From: a virus
IMG/VR virus record: IMGVR_UViG_3300029238_000243
Reading direction: 5' to 3' (one strand)
Length of the DNA stretch: 64,000 nt
Shown: one piece after another, positions 40,560 to 51,975 of the stretch
How positions within the stretch are numbered: position 1 is the stretch's first letter
How the letters are laid out: each line of letters starts with the position of its first letter
Translations under genes and position numbers: made by a program
The notes under the pieces: generated by a model
The model's database searches: none
What the model was told of the DNA's origin: nothing
The model's input: the letters and a program-made list of their open reading frames with translations, nothing else

Positions 40560-42083
40560 CTATGTGGTTATTTTAGAACCTGTCTTTTTGGTTCCTTTTG
40601 TGTTAGTTCTCTTTGTCGTCTGCATTTTCTTGGAACCGGAAGTTTTGGTTCCGGCAGTTTTTGTTCCATTTCGTTTCGATGTTACCGTTTTAGTCTTTTT
40701 AACAGTAGTTTTCGAAGTTTTGGTTCCGGCCGTTTTCGTTTTCGAATTTACTGTTTTCGAAGTTTTGGAATCAGTTGTTTTTGCTGTTGTTTTCTTAGTA
40801 GCAGTAGTAGCTTTTTTCTTTGTATATGTCCAGGCATATCCATTTTTGTAGAACTTAAGAACCGTTTTGTCAGACATCAGATAATCTTCAACAACTGGTT
40901 CCGTCAGATAAAGTCCATCTGGTCCTGTCACCCGAGAGAGTGCTACATATAACTGACCGGCAGCGAATATCTTAGGTGATAGTACCATGGCGTCGAATGT
41001 TTTTCCCTGAGATTTATGGATTGTAATTGCAGCAGCCAGACGAAGAGGGATCTGTTTTACGACGCCGACCTCATCACGAAGCAGAGTATTGCTTTTTACT
41101 TTGTATTCATAATGGATAAATTCATGTTGGTATACATTAATTTCTTTCCCATCCACCTGTACAAGAACATGGTCAGGATAGCAGGAGAGTACTGTGCCCA
41201 TTTGTCCGTTCCTATACTGACATTTGACATCATTTGCAAGGAACACTACCCGGGCACCTTCTTTGAGTAAAATGATCTCGTCGATGTAATTACCGGTTGT
41301 TCTCCCTTCTTTCGTACACTGATAGGGGACCGGCATCCCTGGCAGACTGTCTAAATACATCCGGTTGATCTTTTCTACTTCAGCATTGGTTCCGCATAAT
41401 CGAATCACATTATCAGGCGGTATATCGGTCAGAAACCCATTGAAATATGGAATACACTTTTTATCTGCAAGTCTGGCTCTGTGTAATTCCTTAATAAATT
41501 CGACGTCACTTTGTCTACGGACTTCTGTCAACTCACATACTGTAAATTTACAGGTTCCCCATTCTTTTGTTGTAAAAGCGAATCCGGATGTATCGAATCC
41601 GAACTTTTTCAATAATTTAGCGTCCGAAGTTGTGACGACTGGAGGTAATTGTGAAAAATCTCCGACGACAATAAGACGGATTCGCTTGCCTTTTAGACGC
41701 TCGGCTTTCTTGAGTACTTTATACATGAAAGAAAAAGTATCATTTCTGCACATTGAAATCTCATCAATGATCACAACATCTGCTTTGATCAATGGTTTGA
41801 TACGGGATTGATCGATCTTCTTTAAGTCGGCTCCGCATGCTGGTACTGGAATTGCAAAGATCCGATGCATCGTATCCCCACCAATGTTTGCCGCTGCCAT
41901 ACCGGTTGTCCCGCATACGATAGCATTGGTTGCTGTTGCAAGATATGAATTTATAAGATAAGTCTTTCCGGTTCCGCCGGGTCCTGTAATAAATAAGTTT
42001 TTATCACTATTAAATAGTAAGTCTTTTATCTTTTCGTAATCAGTTACTGGTTTCATTTTTAATATCCTTTCTGAAATACCCAT
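40560..42083 (-). CDS. PIF1/RecD-like SF1 helicase with a Thr/Lys-rich low-complexity C-terminal tail.
   Basis: It has Walker A (ITGPGGTGKT), motif II (VIIDEISM) and the motif VVGDFSQLPPV. Confidence 0.8.
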   Translation of the reverse strand: MGISERILKMKPVTDYEKIKDLLFNSDKNLFITGPGGTGKTYLINSYLATATNAIVCGTTGMAAANIGGDTMHRIFAIPVPACGADLKKIDQSRIKPLIKADVVIIDEISMCRNDTFSFMYKVLKKAERLKGKRIRLIVVGDFSQLPPVVTTSDAKLLKKFGFDTSGFAFTTKEWGTCKFTVCELTEVRRQSDVEFIKELHRARLADKKCIPYFNGFLTDIPPDNVIRLCGTNAEVEKINRMYLDSLPGMPVPYQCTKEGRTTGNYIDEIILLKEGARVVFLANDVKCQYRNGQMGTVLSCYPDHVLVQVDGKEINVYQHEFIHYEYKVKSNTLLRDEVGVVKQIPLRLAAAITIHKSQGKTFDAMVLSPKIFAAGQLYVALSRVTGPDGLYLTEPVVEDYLMSDKTVLKFYKNGYAWTYTKKKATTATKKTTAKTTDSKTSKTVNSKTKTAGTKTSKTTVKKTKTVTSKRNGTKTAGTKTSGSKKMQTTKRTNTKGTKKTGSKITT

Positions 42084-42226
42084 AGTACCTCAGATTAAAT
42101 ATGGACGAGAACGAAACAAGGGAATTCGCAACGAATGATATTGAAAAATGTTCATTTGTCTCGATAACAAAGAGCACATATTTAGTATGAAACCACTAAT
42201 CATATATGTATGAAAGGAGCTTACAT

Positions 42227-43081
42227 ATGGATAACAGCAGTAGCAGTAGTAAATTTGATGCATCTGAATTTTTGAATGATGTATTCGGATCTCTTCATTT
42301 ATTACAAGATGAAGAAGGAACAATTTGGTTCATTGGGCGAGAAGTTGCAGACAAACTTGGGTACGATAATTTAAGTACCAAAGGACATGCAATCACTAGA
42401 TTTGTTCGAAAAGAAGACCGCAAAGCCTTGAAATATAAGGATTTGTCTGCTGCGGACAAACCTATTTTATGGACAAATCCAAATGATTTTAAAGATAAAT
42501 GGATCATCAATGAGTGCGGTTTCTATGATCTGTTAATGCATTCTGAGGCAAAATTCGCATCTGATTTCCAGCACTGGGTAACGCATGAAGTATTACCATC
42601 CGTTCGTAAACATGGTGGTTATATCATGGGTCAGGAACATCTGGAAGAGAAAGAAAGATGTCAGCTCAACAGACAGATTGGTGACCTTGCAGAAGAAGTT
42701 TACCGTCTGAGGACCAAGCTTCGAAAAAAGAATGAGAAGATGCGGGAGTTAAAACGGTCTGCAGAAATCAACCGGTTATGCCGCAGCAAGTACAAAGAAG
42801 CGCTGGATGACATCGATCGGATGACAAAACTGTTTGAGATCGAAGATAAGTACAACGAACATTTGAGACAGCGTGATGTTGACAGAGACGTCGATCTCGA
42901 AATGATGCGTGATCAGCTGCATGCACTTCGTGTCCTGGTAATTGCGCACGGAGCTTCAGATCTGATTGAAGCGGCGATCCGTGACGGACACGCAAATGAC
43001 GTAAACTTAATGGCGAATGCTGTAAAGGTAGGTTCGTCTGATTTGAAATCCAGTCATGGAACAAATTGTTTTCTGATGTAA
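42227..43081 (+). CDS. Bro-N-domain (antirepressor-like) protein with a C-terminal coiled coil.
   Basis: It has Bro-N-like sequence (IWFIGREVADKLGY...FYDLLMHSEAKFASDFQHWVTHEVLPSVRKHGGY) and a class-B box at 42175. Confidence 0.7.
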   Translation: MDNSSSSSKFDASEFLNDVFGSLHLLQDEEGTIWFIGREVADKLGYDNLSTKGHAITRFVRKEDRKALKYKDLSAADKPILWTNPNDFKDKWIINECGFYDLLMHSEAKFASDFQHWVTHEVLPSVRKHGGYIMGQEHLEEKERCQLNRQIGDLAEEVYRLRTKLRKKNEKMRELKRSAEINRLCRSKYKEALDDIDRMTKLFEIEDKYNEHLRQRDVDRDVDLEMMRDQLHALRVLVIAHGASDLIEAAIRDGHANDVNLMANAVKVGSSDLKSSHGTNCFLM

Positions 43082-43361
43082 GGAAAAAGAAATTGAGGTC
43101 ACATTTTGTGATCTCTTTTCTTATGCTCAACTTTTTGAAATTCGCAAAGCCTATGTTCTTGTTTATAGTTTTGTATTCTTGTTTGCGGATGATAAATTTG
43201 GATATAAAAATGAAGTCCAAGCGGAAAGGATAGTAATAGTTATATATTATCAGTGCGTCGCATAATAATAATTATACGACGTACCGCAGATAAAAACGGA
43301 AGTAGTGCAAGTTGAATTTCGCAAAAAGAGCCTGCAATAAAGCAAGCTCAATTCGTTTTAA

Positions 43362-43763
43362 TTATGTGTCTGCCGGAACTGGGATACCTGTAAGTGTGTA
43401 CCTTTGTTTACAACGATAACACCAACACAATCCATCCTTAAAAGGAACCATGTCAACGTCGTTACCGCAGCTACACAGGTAAGTTGCTGGTTCGACGACA
43501 GTGATACTTTGAATAATAACACCAGCATCGTCAAACTCCTCTGGATGTGACATACAATATTCATAATTTTGTTTCCAGCTTTCGTAGGAGCTGTCGTTTG
43601 TGTCTACAGTTCCGTCTTCAAAACACGGGAAACTATAACCAAGAATATCTGTTTTATCACTTCGTTTGTTTGTTTTCTGATTATGTATCCAGAATTCTCT
43701 GAAGTATTTCGGAACTTCTCGTTCTTTTCTGGGACTGATTACTTTTACGAGCTTATTCATACT
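43362..43763 (-). CDS. Hypothetical Cys-containing protein.
   Basis: It has the RBS gaaaggaaaggtattagtATG. Confidence 0.5.
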   Translation of the reverse strand, partial: SMNKLVKVISPRKEREVPKYFREFWIHNQKTNKRSDKTDILGYSFPCFEDGTVDTNDSSYESWKQNYEYCMSHPEEFDDAGVIIQSITVVEPATYLCSCGNDVDMVPFKDGLCWCYRCKQRYTLTGIPVPADT

Positions 43764-43995
43764 AATACCTTTCCTTTCTCTGAATGCGTTCCATCTTCTG
43801 ACGTCTGTTATCAGTACGTGCCGGTTTTCCACCTGGTTTCTTCTTGTATGTTTTGCAGGTCTGACACTGATGACGAAATGTACCGTCTTTTCCAAGATCA
43901 CAGTTTAATACATTGAATTTCTCTAGTTTTTGCCATAATTCGTTTCCTCCTTGAATTGTATATAAATTGTTTCGTATTAAATATGGTTCGAGAGA

Positions 43996-44045
43996 GACGA
44001 AACAAAAAAAAAGAACCACCTACCGCAACAGGCAAGTGGTTATGA
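43996..44045. terminator. Bidirectional terminator hairpin (AACCACCTACCGCAACAGGCAAGTGGTT).
   Basis: It has the same architecture as the hairpin at 22238. Confidence 0.45.
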
Positions 44046-44066
44046 GATTTGTTCAAATTAGATTTC

Positions 44067-44900
44067 TTATTTTGTGTACGTTAACAGAATGATTGATTCC
44101 TCGTCAATGGAATGGATTTCATCGCCTTTGTACATAATCTGGAAACGTTCTTTAGAAACATGATCAAGACCAAACCCGGAATCAACAATCTTAAAATCCG
44201 TCACATTTCCGGATCCGTCATAAATGCAATCATATACTGTGATACTATGATCAGCAGCCAAATTATTGTTTTTATAGACCCTGGTTGCTAAATCATCGGC
44301 TGTCATTGCAACGGAATCCACACTGACGATTGCAGCTGTTTTTGGATCCGAAATGAGATCTGCCAGCTCGTCTAAAGAAAGCATATTCTGGCTGTTGTAT
44401 ACCGTCACCTGGATAAAACCTTCTGGATCTAAAATATCAGCAATCTGAACGAGGTCGCTTGTCTGAGTTGCTCCCATAGATTCCGGAAACGTATCTTTTA
44501 CACATAAATCGTTATCCATAGCAATTTTTACAACGTCATTTTCCGTGTATAATGTAGAGTCCGTTATGATATTGATTGCATTCGCAAGGGAGGTCAATCC
44601 ACAGGTTCCGAGTGCGTAATAATCATTTTGACCCTGACGATAGAATGCATTTGGAAGGTAAGCGTCGTTTTCAATATACGGATGATTCAGATTATAATAC
44701 CAAACGTATGCTCTATTCTTGAGATTTGGGAACGCAATATTCACGATGACTAAAACAACTGCTAAAATTACGATTACAACAGCAAAATTCATCAACTCTT
44801 TTAACATTATTTGTTTTATTTTCGACCATTTCGTATTCTTTTCGTTCTGTATTCCATCCATTTGTAACCGGTTATTGTTCTCCATATTGGTTTTCTCCAT
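44067..44900 (-). CDS. Membrane-anchored protein, possibly a C39-like cysteine peptidase.
   Basis: It has a TM helix and a Q...GTCGLTSLANAIN segment. Confidence 0.35.
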   Translation of the reverse strand: MEKTNMENNNRLQMDGIQNEKNTKWSKIKQIMLKELMNFAVVIVILAVVLVIVNIAFPNLKNRAYVWYYNLNHPYIENDAYLPNAFYRQGQNDYYALGTCGLTSLANAINIITDSTLYTENDVVKIAMDNDLCVKDTFPESMGATQTSDLVQIADILDPEGFIQVTVYNSQNMLSLDELADLISDPKTAAIVSVDSVAMTADDLATRVYKNNNLAADHSITVYDCIYDGSGNVTDFKIVDSGFGLDHVSKERFQIMYKGDEIHSIDEESIILLTYTK

Positions 44901-44996
44901 TTATGTGTTCTTGATACTGACTCCTATTATAAAGGAAGAAAAATGAAAGGGCAATAAGAAAAGGAGTCCGAAATAAATCGAACTCCAAGTTTGATA

Positions 44997-45964
44997 TTAT
45001 TTTAAAGCTGTTTTCTCGAATGCATCTGCACTGACATTTACTCCGTTGGCGACCAATACTGCTTCTAGCTCTGATTTTGTATCGTAAACAGTTCCTCTGT
45101 ATTTGACGGAAGTTAACGACGTACAGGTGTAAAAGGCGTTAGAACCTATACTGGTTATATTGTTGGAGATTGAAACATATTTAAGATTTTCACAATAAGA
45201 AAAAGACATAGTTCCTATCTTCGTTACACTATTAGGAATAAAAACATTCTCAACAGTATAAACAGAATGACCATTACTACCATTGGCAAAAGCATAATTA
45301 CCAATCTGAGATACGTTATTTGGAATTACAATATTAATAACAGAAGGGTATTTTTTGTTAATTACATAATATGCTGAATTTATAGCATCGATAAAATAAT
45401 CAGGAGATCCGCCATATGGTACATAATTCTTTTCTGGATTGATTTCACTTTCTTCCCAAGAACATAACATTATCCCATTTGCATCATAAAGTCCAGCATC
45501 TATCTTTTTGTCTACATCAATCGAAAATCTAAATACTCCAGACCAATCACCGGATGTTAAGTCTTCAGCAGTGATCTTACCATCGGTCGAACATCCATCA
45601 TCTGCTGTAATCTCATTGCATAAAAACTCTGTCTTTACCTGATCAATAGTTCCTGTTACTGGTGTTTTGCCATTTGCGTCGTTTAAGGTTACTGTTGCAT
45701 CCGGAATAACGGTTACGCTTTCATTTCCGGCAATATCACCTTTGACTTTCACGTTGTAGGCAGCATTCTTGTTACTATTTAATACAATTGCTTTTGGAAT
45801 TGTAACCGAAAATGCGGATGCCTGCTCATAGTTTACGATAGCTGATTGTTTACCAGCTATATTTGTTTCCTGAGTACTGTCTGCAGCTAATGCCGGTACC
45901 GATTGTGTGGTTACCATATATAAAGCAGACAGAAATGACAGGAAACGAACTGTTTTCTGTTTCA
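44997..45964 (-). CDS. Secreted BspA-type leucine-rich-repeat protein (short paralog).
   Basis: It has a signal peptide, an N-terminal domain shared with the gene at 46166..49729, and LRR_5-type repeats (IPNSVTKIGTMSFSYC). Confidence 0.7.
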
Positions 45965-46165
45965 TAACTCTTTCCCTATCCCTTTCTTGGATGTGTGTTG
46001 TTAGGTTACATATACTAAATATGGGTGGCAGAGATACAAAGGAACGAAAATTTACGAAAATAAGTAAAAGTGATGAAAGGCTGGTAATCTCTTTATACTG
46101 GAAGGCAATAAGAAAAGGAGTCCGAAATAAATCGAACTCCTTTTTGAAATCTATTGTTTCTAACA

Positions 46166-49100
46166 TTATTCATGCGTCCAGTAACTACTGTGATATTTTG
46201 ATGTTAAATATGTAGCTGCTATAGATGTGTTTGATAAATCAGAACTACTAAGTGCTGTTGTCTTCGTACCTTCAGAATCACCTAAATACCAACCGGAAGT
46301 GTTTTCAAAAGATACATAAGTTAATTTATCACAATTACAAAAAGCTTGTTTACCAAGACTTGTGACATTTTTTGGTATAGTGACATTAGTTAAGCTATCG
46401 CAGTACATAAATGTACTATAACCGATACTTGTCACACCTTCAGGAATTATTACGTTATTTAAACTTACACAACTTTGGAACACACGTTCGTTTAATTTTG
46501 TCAAACCTGATGGAAGCTTTACTGTTTTTAAATTAGAACATGCTTGAAATGCGGCGGTTCCGATATTTACAACACTATTAGGAATCACTATACTTGTTAA
46601 TCCCTCACAACCATAAAATAATCCATCACCAATATTGGTGACACTATCAGGGATTGTAACTGACGTTAATCCGGAGCAATGCCAAAATGCATGTGTTCCA
46701 ATACTCGTTACACTATCTGGGATTGTAAGTGAGGTTAAACCTTTACAACCATAAAATGCTTCTTTTCCAATACTTGTCACATCGTCTGGGATTGTAAGTG
46801 AGGTTAAATCTTTACAACGATCAAATGCACAATCTCCAACACTTGTCACACTATCTGGAATCATTATATTTGTAAGACTAGAACAACCTTTGAATGCATA
46901 TTGTCCAACCTTTGTTAATGAATTTGGTAAATGTACAGTTTCTAACGCAGTGCAATCACAAAACGTAGCATCTCCAGTGCTTGTAACGCTGTCTGGGATT
47001 TCGATAGATCTTAAACTTGTACAACCTTGGAACACACCATAGTAATACCTTTCAGAAGTTGGATATTCTCTACCTAAAGTCTGCAAAGCACTATTTTCCT
47101 CAAAAACAACATTCGTTAATGAAATGCAATCTTTAAACACTCCATTGCTTATATTCATTACATTTCGAGGAATTGTAATTGAAGTTAAGCTAGAACAATT
47201 AGAAAATGTAAGCAGTTCGATACTTGTTACGCTGTCCGGTATTTTAATATTTGTTAGCGAAGAACAACCGTAAAATGCATATTGTCCAACCTTTTTTACG
47301 GAATTTGGTAAATGTACAGTTTCTAACACAGTACAATCTCTAAACGTAGCGTCTCCAGTGCTTGTAACGCTATCTGGGATTTCGATAGATTTCAAACTTG
47401 TACAACCTTGGAACACACCATAGTAATATCTATCAAGATCTGTATGTTCTCTACCTAAAGTCTGCAAAGCACTATTTTCTTCAAAAACAACATTCATTAA
47501 TGAAGTGCAATCTTTAAACACACCACTGTTTATATTCATTACATTTCGAGGAATTGTAAGATTTGTGAGACTAGAACAATTGTAAAACGCATTCCAATCA
47601 ATATTAGTTACACTTTCTGGAATCGTGATATTTGATAGACTAGAACATCCATTGAATGTATTATTTTCAATTGCGTTTAAACTATCTGACATGTTTACAG
47701 ATGCTAAGTGTGTACATTCATAAAACGTATAGGATCCCATATTTGTAACACTGTCTGGTATTGTAATACTTTGTAACGAGGTACATCCTTGAAAAACGCC
47801 ATACTTATTTCCACCGGCAACACCGAGAGTTAATAATTTATTATTATTGTTAAATGAAACATCATCTAAAGCGCTATCGTTACAAAACACACCAGAGCTC
47901 ATAGACTCCATTCCAGATCCAATACTTACTCTTTTAAGACTAGTACAATCCTTAAATGCATTATAATCAACGGTCTTTACATTATCCGGAATAGTAATAC
48001 TTGTAAGTGCTGTGTTTAAAAAGGCAGAATATCCTATACTGGTAACATTTTCTGGAATTGACACATTTTGAAGACTTGTGCATGAATCAAATAATCTTTC
48101 ACTGATATTTGTTATCTTACTTGGTATTGTTACACTGGTTAGATTATTACATTTGTAAAATGCACCTCTACCTATGGATGTAACACTATCTGGAATGTAA
48201 ATATTTGTTATTCCATTCATTTGGAACGCCCATGTCCCTATGTTAGTCACAGTGTCAGGAATAACTACACTTGTTAAATTTGCATAATGACCAAATGCAT
48301 TTGACCCGATATTAGTTATTCCAAAAGGGATAACAACTTTCGTTGCTGTGGGATAATTGTTTGTCAAAACGTAATAACCGGATGTTGGTGTCGTTGTATA
48401 AGGGTTTTCACCGGAAGCTGATCCATAATTCTGTGTAACATCAATACCTGATTCCTCCCAAGAACAAAGCATTACATCATTCGCGTTATATAATCCCGGC
48501 TCTTTTGCATTACATACCGTACACACATTATTTACATAATTATGATTAACAATCGCAATGTCTTGTATATCCTTCGTCTGAGCTACGAAAACTGTATTTT
48601 TAAATGTGGCTGTATATGTCGTTGTTCCTTTCGCTGTACATGTTGCAGCCTCTTTAACAGTACTAGAAATCGTTGCTTCTTCTGTTTCTACAGATGAAGG
48701 ATGATTCACACAAGTACGTTTCGCTGTACATGTCTGTCCGTCTTCAGACCAAACATAAGTTGGTTCTCCATAAGTATGTTCAAACAACTCAGAGTCAATC
48801 GTGACATCATTTTCAGTCAAAGCAGAACCAATATCTGTTTTATCATAACTATTCGCTTTGTATTGGATTGCTGATAAGTTAGAACATCCTTCGAATACAT
48901 TAGACTTTACTGTTTTAAGTGCAGATGGAAGTGACACGCTTGATAGTTTCGAACAGTTAGCAAAAGCTCCGGTTCCAATTTCGGTAACAGAGTCGGCGAT
49001 CGCAACACTCGTCATCTCATTGCAATCCCGGAATGCATAATCGCCAATACTGGTTACCGCATGCCTGGTGTTATCTTCGTCTGTTACATATTCCGGAATT

Positions 49101-49729
49101 ACAACGTCGCCTACGGTATCAATCTGATACGTATCAAGATTTGAATTTGTAAGCGATATTCCGTCACCGATCTGATTTGTATTGATTGCGAACGTGAAGT
49201 TACCAGACCAATCACCAGAAGTCAAATCATCTGCTGCTATATTACCATTTGTTTTAGTACCGTCAATCTGATTCACTCCTGTAGAAGAAAACTCAGTCTT
49301 TTCCTGGGCGATGTTTCCGGTAACAGGATCTTTTCCGTTTGCATCATTTAAGGTTACTGTCTGGTCAGGAACAACAGTGATAATATCGTTTCCAAGGATA
49401 TCGCCTTTAACCTTAACATTGTAGGTTGCTGTTTTGTTGCTGTCTAATACAATTGACTTTGGAATTGTAACAGTAAACGAAGACGCCTGGTCATATTTGA
49501 CGACTGCTGCTTTAGATCCGGAATCGTTTGTCTCCTGTTGTCCGTCGGCTGATGTCCCGTCTGTTTGAGTTTCGTCTGCTAATGTTTTGTCTGCCTGGTT
49601 TTCGTCCGCCAAGGTTTCGTTTACCACTGTTTTACCTGCCTGATTTTCGGCAGCCAGTGTTGGAATACTAGGCGTCATTGTAAGAACCGAAGCCAGAACA
49701 AGCAGACAGCTTATTGCTTTTCGTTTCAT
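46166..49729 (-). CDS. Secreted 1187-aa BspA-type leucine-rich-repeat surface protein.
   Basis: It has a signal peptide and more than 20 repeats of the form IPDSVTSIG..AF..C..LTS. Confidence 0.8.
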   Translation of the reverse strand: MKRKAISCLLVLASVLTMTPSIPTLAAENQAGKTVVNETLADENQADKTLADETQTDGTSADGQQETNDSGSKAAVVKYDQASSFTVTIPKSIVLDSNKTATYNVKVKGDILGNDIITVVPDQTVTLNDANGKDPVTGNIAQEKTEFSSTGVNQIDGTKTNGNIAADDLTSGDWSGNFTFAINTNQIGDGISLTNSNLDTYQIDTVGDVVIPEYVTDEDNTRHAVTSIGDYAFRDCNEMTSVAIADSVTEIGTGAFANCSKLSSVSLPSALKTVKSNVFEGCSNLSAIQYKANSYDKTDIGSALTENDVTIDSELFEHTYGEPTYVWSEDGQTCTAKRTCVNHPSSVETEEATISSTVKEAATCTAKGTTTYTATFKNTVFVAQTKDIQDIAIVNHNYVNNVCTVCNAKEPGLYNANDVMLCSWEESGIDVTQNYGSASGENPYTTTPTSGYYVLTNNYPTATKVVIPFGITNIGSNAFGHYANLTSVVIPDTVTNIGTWAFQMNGITNIYIPDSVTSIGRGAFYKCNNLTSVTIPSKITNISERLFDSCTSLQNVSIPENVTSIGYSAFLNTALTSITIPDNVKTVDYNAFKDCTSLKRVSIGSGMESMSSGVFCNDSALDDVSFNNNNKLLTLGVAGGNKYGVFQGCTSLQSITIPDSVTNMGSYTFYECTHLASVNMSDSLNAIENNTFNGCSSLSNITIPESVTNIDWNAFYNCSSLTNLTIPRNVMNINSGVFKDCTSLMNVVFEENSALQTLGREHTDLDRYYYGVFQGCTSLKSIEIPDSVTSTGDATFRDCTVLETVHLPNSVKKVGQYAFYGCSSLTNIKIPDSVTSIELLTFSNCSSLTSITIPRNVMNISNGVFKDCISLTNVVFEENSALQTLGREYPTSERYYYGVFQGCTSLRSIEIPDSVTSTGDATFCDCTALETVHLPNSLTKVGQYAFKGCSSLTNIMIPDSVTSVGDCAFDRCKDLTSLTIPDDVTSIGKEAFYGCKGLTSLTIPDSVTSIGTHAFWHCSGLTSVTIPDSVTNIGDGLFYGCEGLTSIVIPNSVVNIGTAAFQACSNLKTVKLPSGLTKLNERVFQSCVSLNNVIIPEGVTSIGYSTFMYCDSLTNVTIPKNVTSLGKQAFCNCDKLTYVSFENTSGWYLGDSEGTKTTALSSSDLSNTSIAATYLTSKYHSSYWTHE

Positions 49730-50040
49730 AATATTTCATTTCCTTTCTTTGTATTTGTTTGTGTTTTTCACATAATACTAAATATGGGTTACAAAGATAC
49801 AAAGGAAGCGATTTATAGGGAAACAAAGTATAGAAAACGAAAAAGAGCCTACCATATTGGTAAGCTCTCTTTCGTAACAAATAAACACACTTGGAGATTA
49901 TGGATTTCTCTCATTATCTCCATATACAAGGAAACAATCCTGCCAACGAATTTGGCATTTTTGAACCCGTCAACAATTAATTTGGAAACCGGTTTCGCTT
50001 CCGTAGAGTCTGTATACTCCTGTGTGCTCTTCAGCATTTC

Positions 50041-51975
50041 TTATGACTGATAGAGTTCTGTTTCGTAATACTCTCCTTGAAGCACACCATTATAGTACAA
50101 CTTCAAAAGTATTATATCATATGTTTCCCCATAAATGTCAAGTGTTTCTCCAGACGGTTCCAAAGTAAATGCATATCCGCTGTCTGTGAAATTCGAATAG
50201 GAACTGTCTGCTTTCTTCAGATAATAGATCTTGTCACCATAATTGAAGACTTCCAGAGAACCTATTGATCCGCCATTTATGTTTCCGCACCAGCCTTCTA
50301 CTCCGCCGTCTTCCGTAAACATGCTTAATGATATTGTCTGTCCATCATTGCTTGAGTAAGAACCCGGTGTATTCCAGAAATTGCCGGTTGGTGTATAGTT
50401 CGGAACCGGGATATTTCCGCTCTGATCAACAGTCTCCTCTTCTGCTTGTACTTCTGTTCCCTCCGGAGCCGTTTCTGTCGGTTCTTCAGTTGTTTCTTCC
50501 ACTACTTCTTCGGTTTCTGTTTCCGGAATTGATTCTGTTACAGTGATATGGGATGCATATATGGCATTCATCTCTGCTTCCCCATTTGTAACCCAATCAT
50601 TGTATGCGTCGTCAGCACCAGAGAAAATAATGTCATCTTCTGTAATGCAGTACCATTCATCAAAACTATAACCGTCAGAATTGATCATCTTGTTTATATC
50701 TTTAAATTGAGTATGTTCGTCTTCATCATAGACAAGCTCATAATCCGATTCCTCAGAATACATAAAAGTAGAATCAGCCAACACAACGTCTATATTCATA
50801 TCTGGATCTTCAATGTATTTATTATATTTTTCAGATTCAGGAACACGATTGAGCATGTAACCACCACCATCTGTCTCATAAGTAAAATATATACGTCCTT
50901 TATATTCTCCGAAATACCACTTTTTATCATTATCTTTTTTCATTTCTGAGAATCCTATATTATTTGATTCACACTGGAATAAAACTCCTCCATGTTCCAC
51001 ATCATCAATCTCATTTATATATAATTTAAGCGGATATTTATATTCACGAATACTAATATATTTTACACCGTATCTATGATCTACATTATATTTAGCCCAT
51101 TGAGGTAATTCCTCTTTCTGCTCCTGCATATGCACAATCGCTGCTGCTCCACCTCCGACAACAAGCGTTCCGGCGACAATGCCTGCGATCACCTTTGTTG
51201 CGATTCCCTTTCCGGCGCCTGCTGCTACTGTGGCTGCGGTTGTTCCGGCAACGGTACTTCCGGTTCCTGCTGCGGCTGTAACTGCTTTAGTTGCCGAAGA
51301 CACTGCAGCCGACATTGCCGGAATCTGTGTCGTCTGTGCCGCTTTAACATCCTCTTTAAGCAGCAACAGGAAGAATGGAATCGGAGCAAGACCATAAAGC
51401 TTGGTCCCCTTCTTTTCAAGATCTAATACTTTGTCCTTGATCTTTTGTCTGCCATAATTCAGGCGGCTCTTAACGGTATTCTCTGATACTTCAAGCACGG
51501 ACGCCATTTCTTTTACAGACATCTGCTCCATATAGAACATTGTGACACAGATGCGCTGTTCATCTGTCAAAGTATCAATGATCTCTTTCATCAGTCTCGT
51601 TGTCTCATTCTGGTCCATAACGATTTCCGGCTGAACAGACACACGGTCATCCACAAAGGTATCACTGATATCCTGTCCGTCTTCGGTTTCTGTTTCTGAA
51701 AACAAGGTTACCTTTCTCCGTTTTAACTCGTTTTTGGAAAGGTTCGACACAATCGTTCCGATCCAGGACTGAAACTTCTCCGGATCTTCCAAGGTATCCA
51801 GAGACTTAAAAGCCTTCACATAGGCATCCTGAACGATATCCTGAGCTGTGTGCTCGCTGTTTAAAAACTTCCTCGCCAGGTAAAAACATTTCGTATACGT
51901 TTTCTCATACAGGTACGTATACGCTTCCTGATCTCCTTTCATTGCTTTTTGTACTGCTTCAGTATAGCTATTCAT
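50041..51975 (-). CDS. ECF-type sigma factor fused to a TM segment and a roughly 380-aa extracytoplasmic C-terminal domain.
   Basis: It has ECF region 2 (DIVQDAYVKAFKSLDTL..FQSWIGTIVSN) and region 4 (LTDEQRICVTMFYMEQMSVKEMASVLEVSENTVKSRL), followed by a hydrophobic Ala/Gly-rich stretch and a long C-terminal domain. Confidence 0.75.
   Translation of the reverse strand: MNSYTEAVQKAMKGDQEAYTYLYEKTYTKCFYLARKFLNSEHTAQDIVQDAYVKAFKSLDTLEDPEKFQSWIGTIVSNLSKNELKRRKVTLFSETETEDGQDISDTFVDDRVSVQPEIVMDQNETTRLMKEIIDTLTDEQRICVTMFYMEQMSVKEMASVLEVSENTVKSRLNYGRQKIKDKVLDLEKKGTKLYGLAPIPFFLLLLKEDVKAAQTTQIPAMSAAVSSATKAVTAAAGTGSTVAGTTAATVAAGAGKGIATKVIAGIVAGTLVVGGGAAAIVHMQEQKEELPQWAKYNVDHRYGVKYISIREYKYPLKLYINEIDDVEHGGVLFQCESNNIGFSEMKKDNDKKWYFGEYKGRIYFTYETDGGGYMLNRVPESEKYNKYIEDPDMNIDVVLADSTFMYSEESDYELVYDEDEHTQFKDINKMINSDGYSFDEWYCITEDDIIFSGADDAYNDWVTNGEAEMNAIYASHITVTESIPETETEEVVEETTEEPTETAPEGTEVQAEEETVDQSGNIPVPNYTPTGNFWNTPGSYSSNDGQTISLSMFTEDGGVEGWCGNINGGSIGSLEVFNYGDKIYYLKKADSSYSNFTDSGYAFTLEPSGETLDIYGETYDIILLKLYYNGVLQGEYYETELYQS

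Noticed and set aside
40554-40952. Plus-strand Cys/Phe-rich ORFs opposite the 3' end of the PIF1-like helicase gene.
   Set aside because: They are an antisense reading of the Thr/Lys-rich low-complexity tail (DNA tandem repeats) and have no RBS.
51130-51426. Cys/Ala-rich ORFs on both strands inside the ECF-fusion gene.
   Set aside because: They are alternative-frame readings of the Ala/Gly-rich TM-linker coding region.
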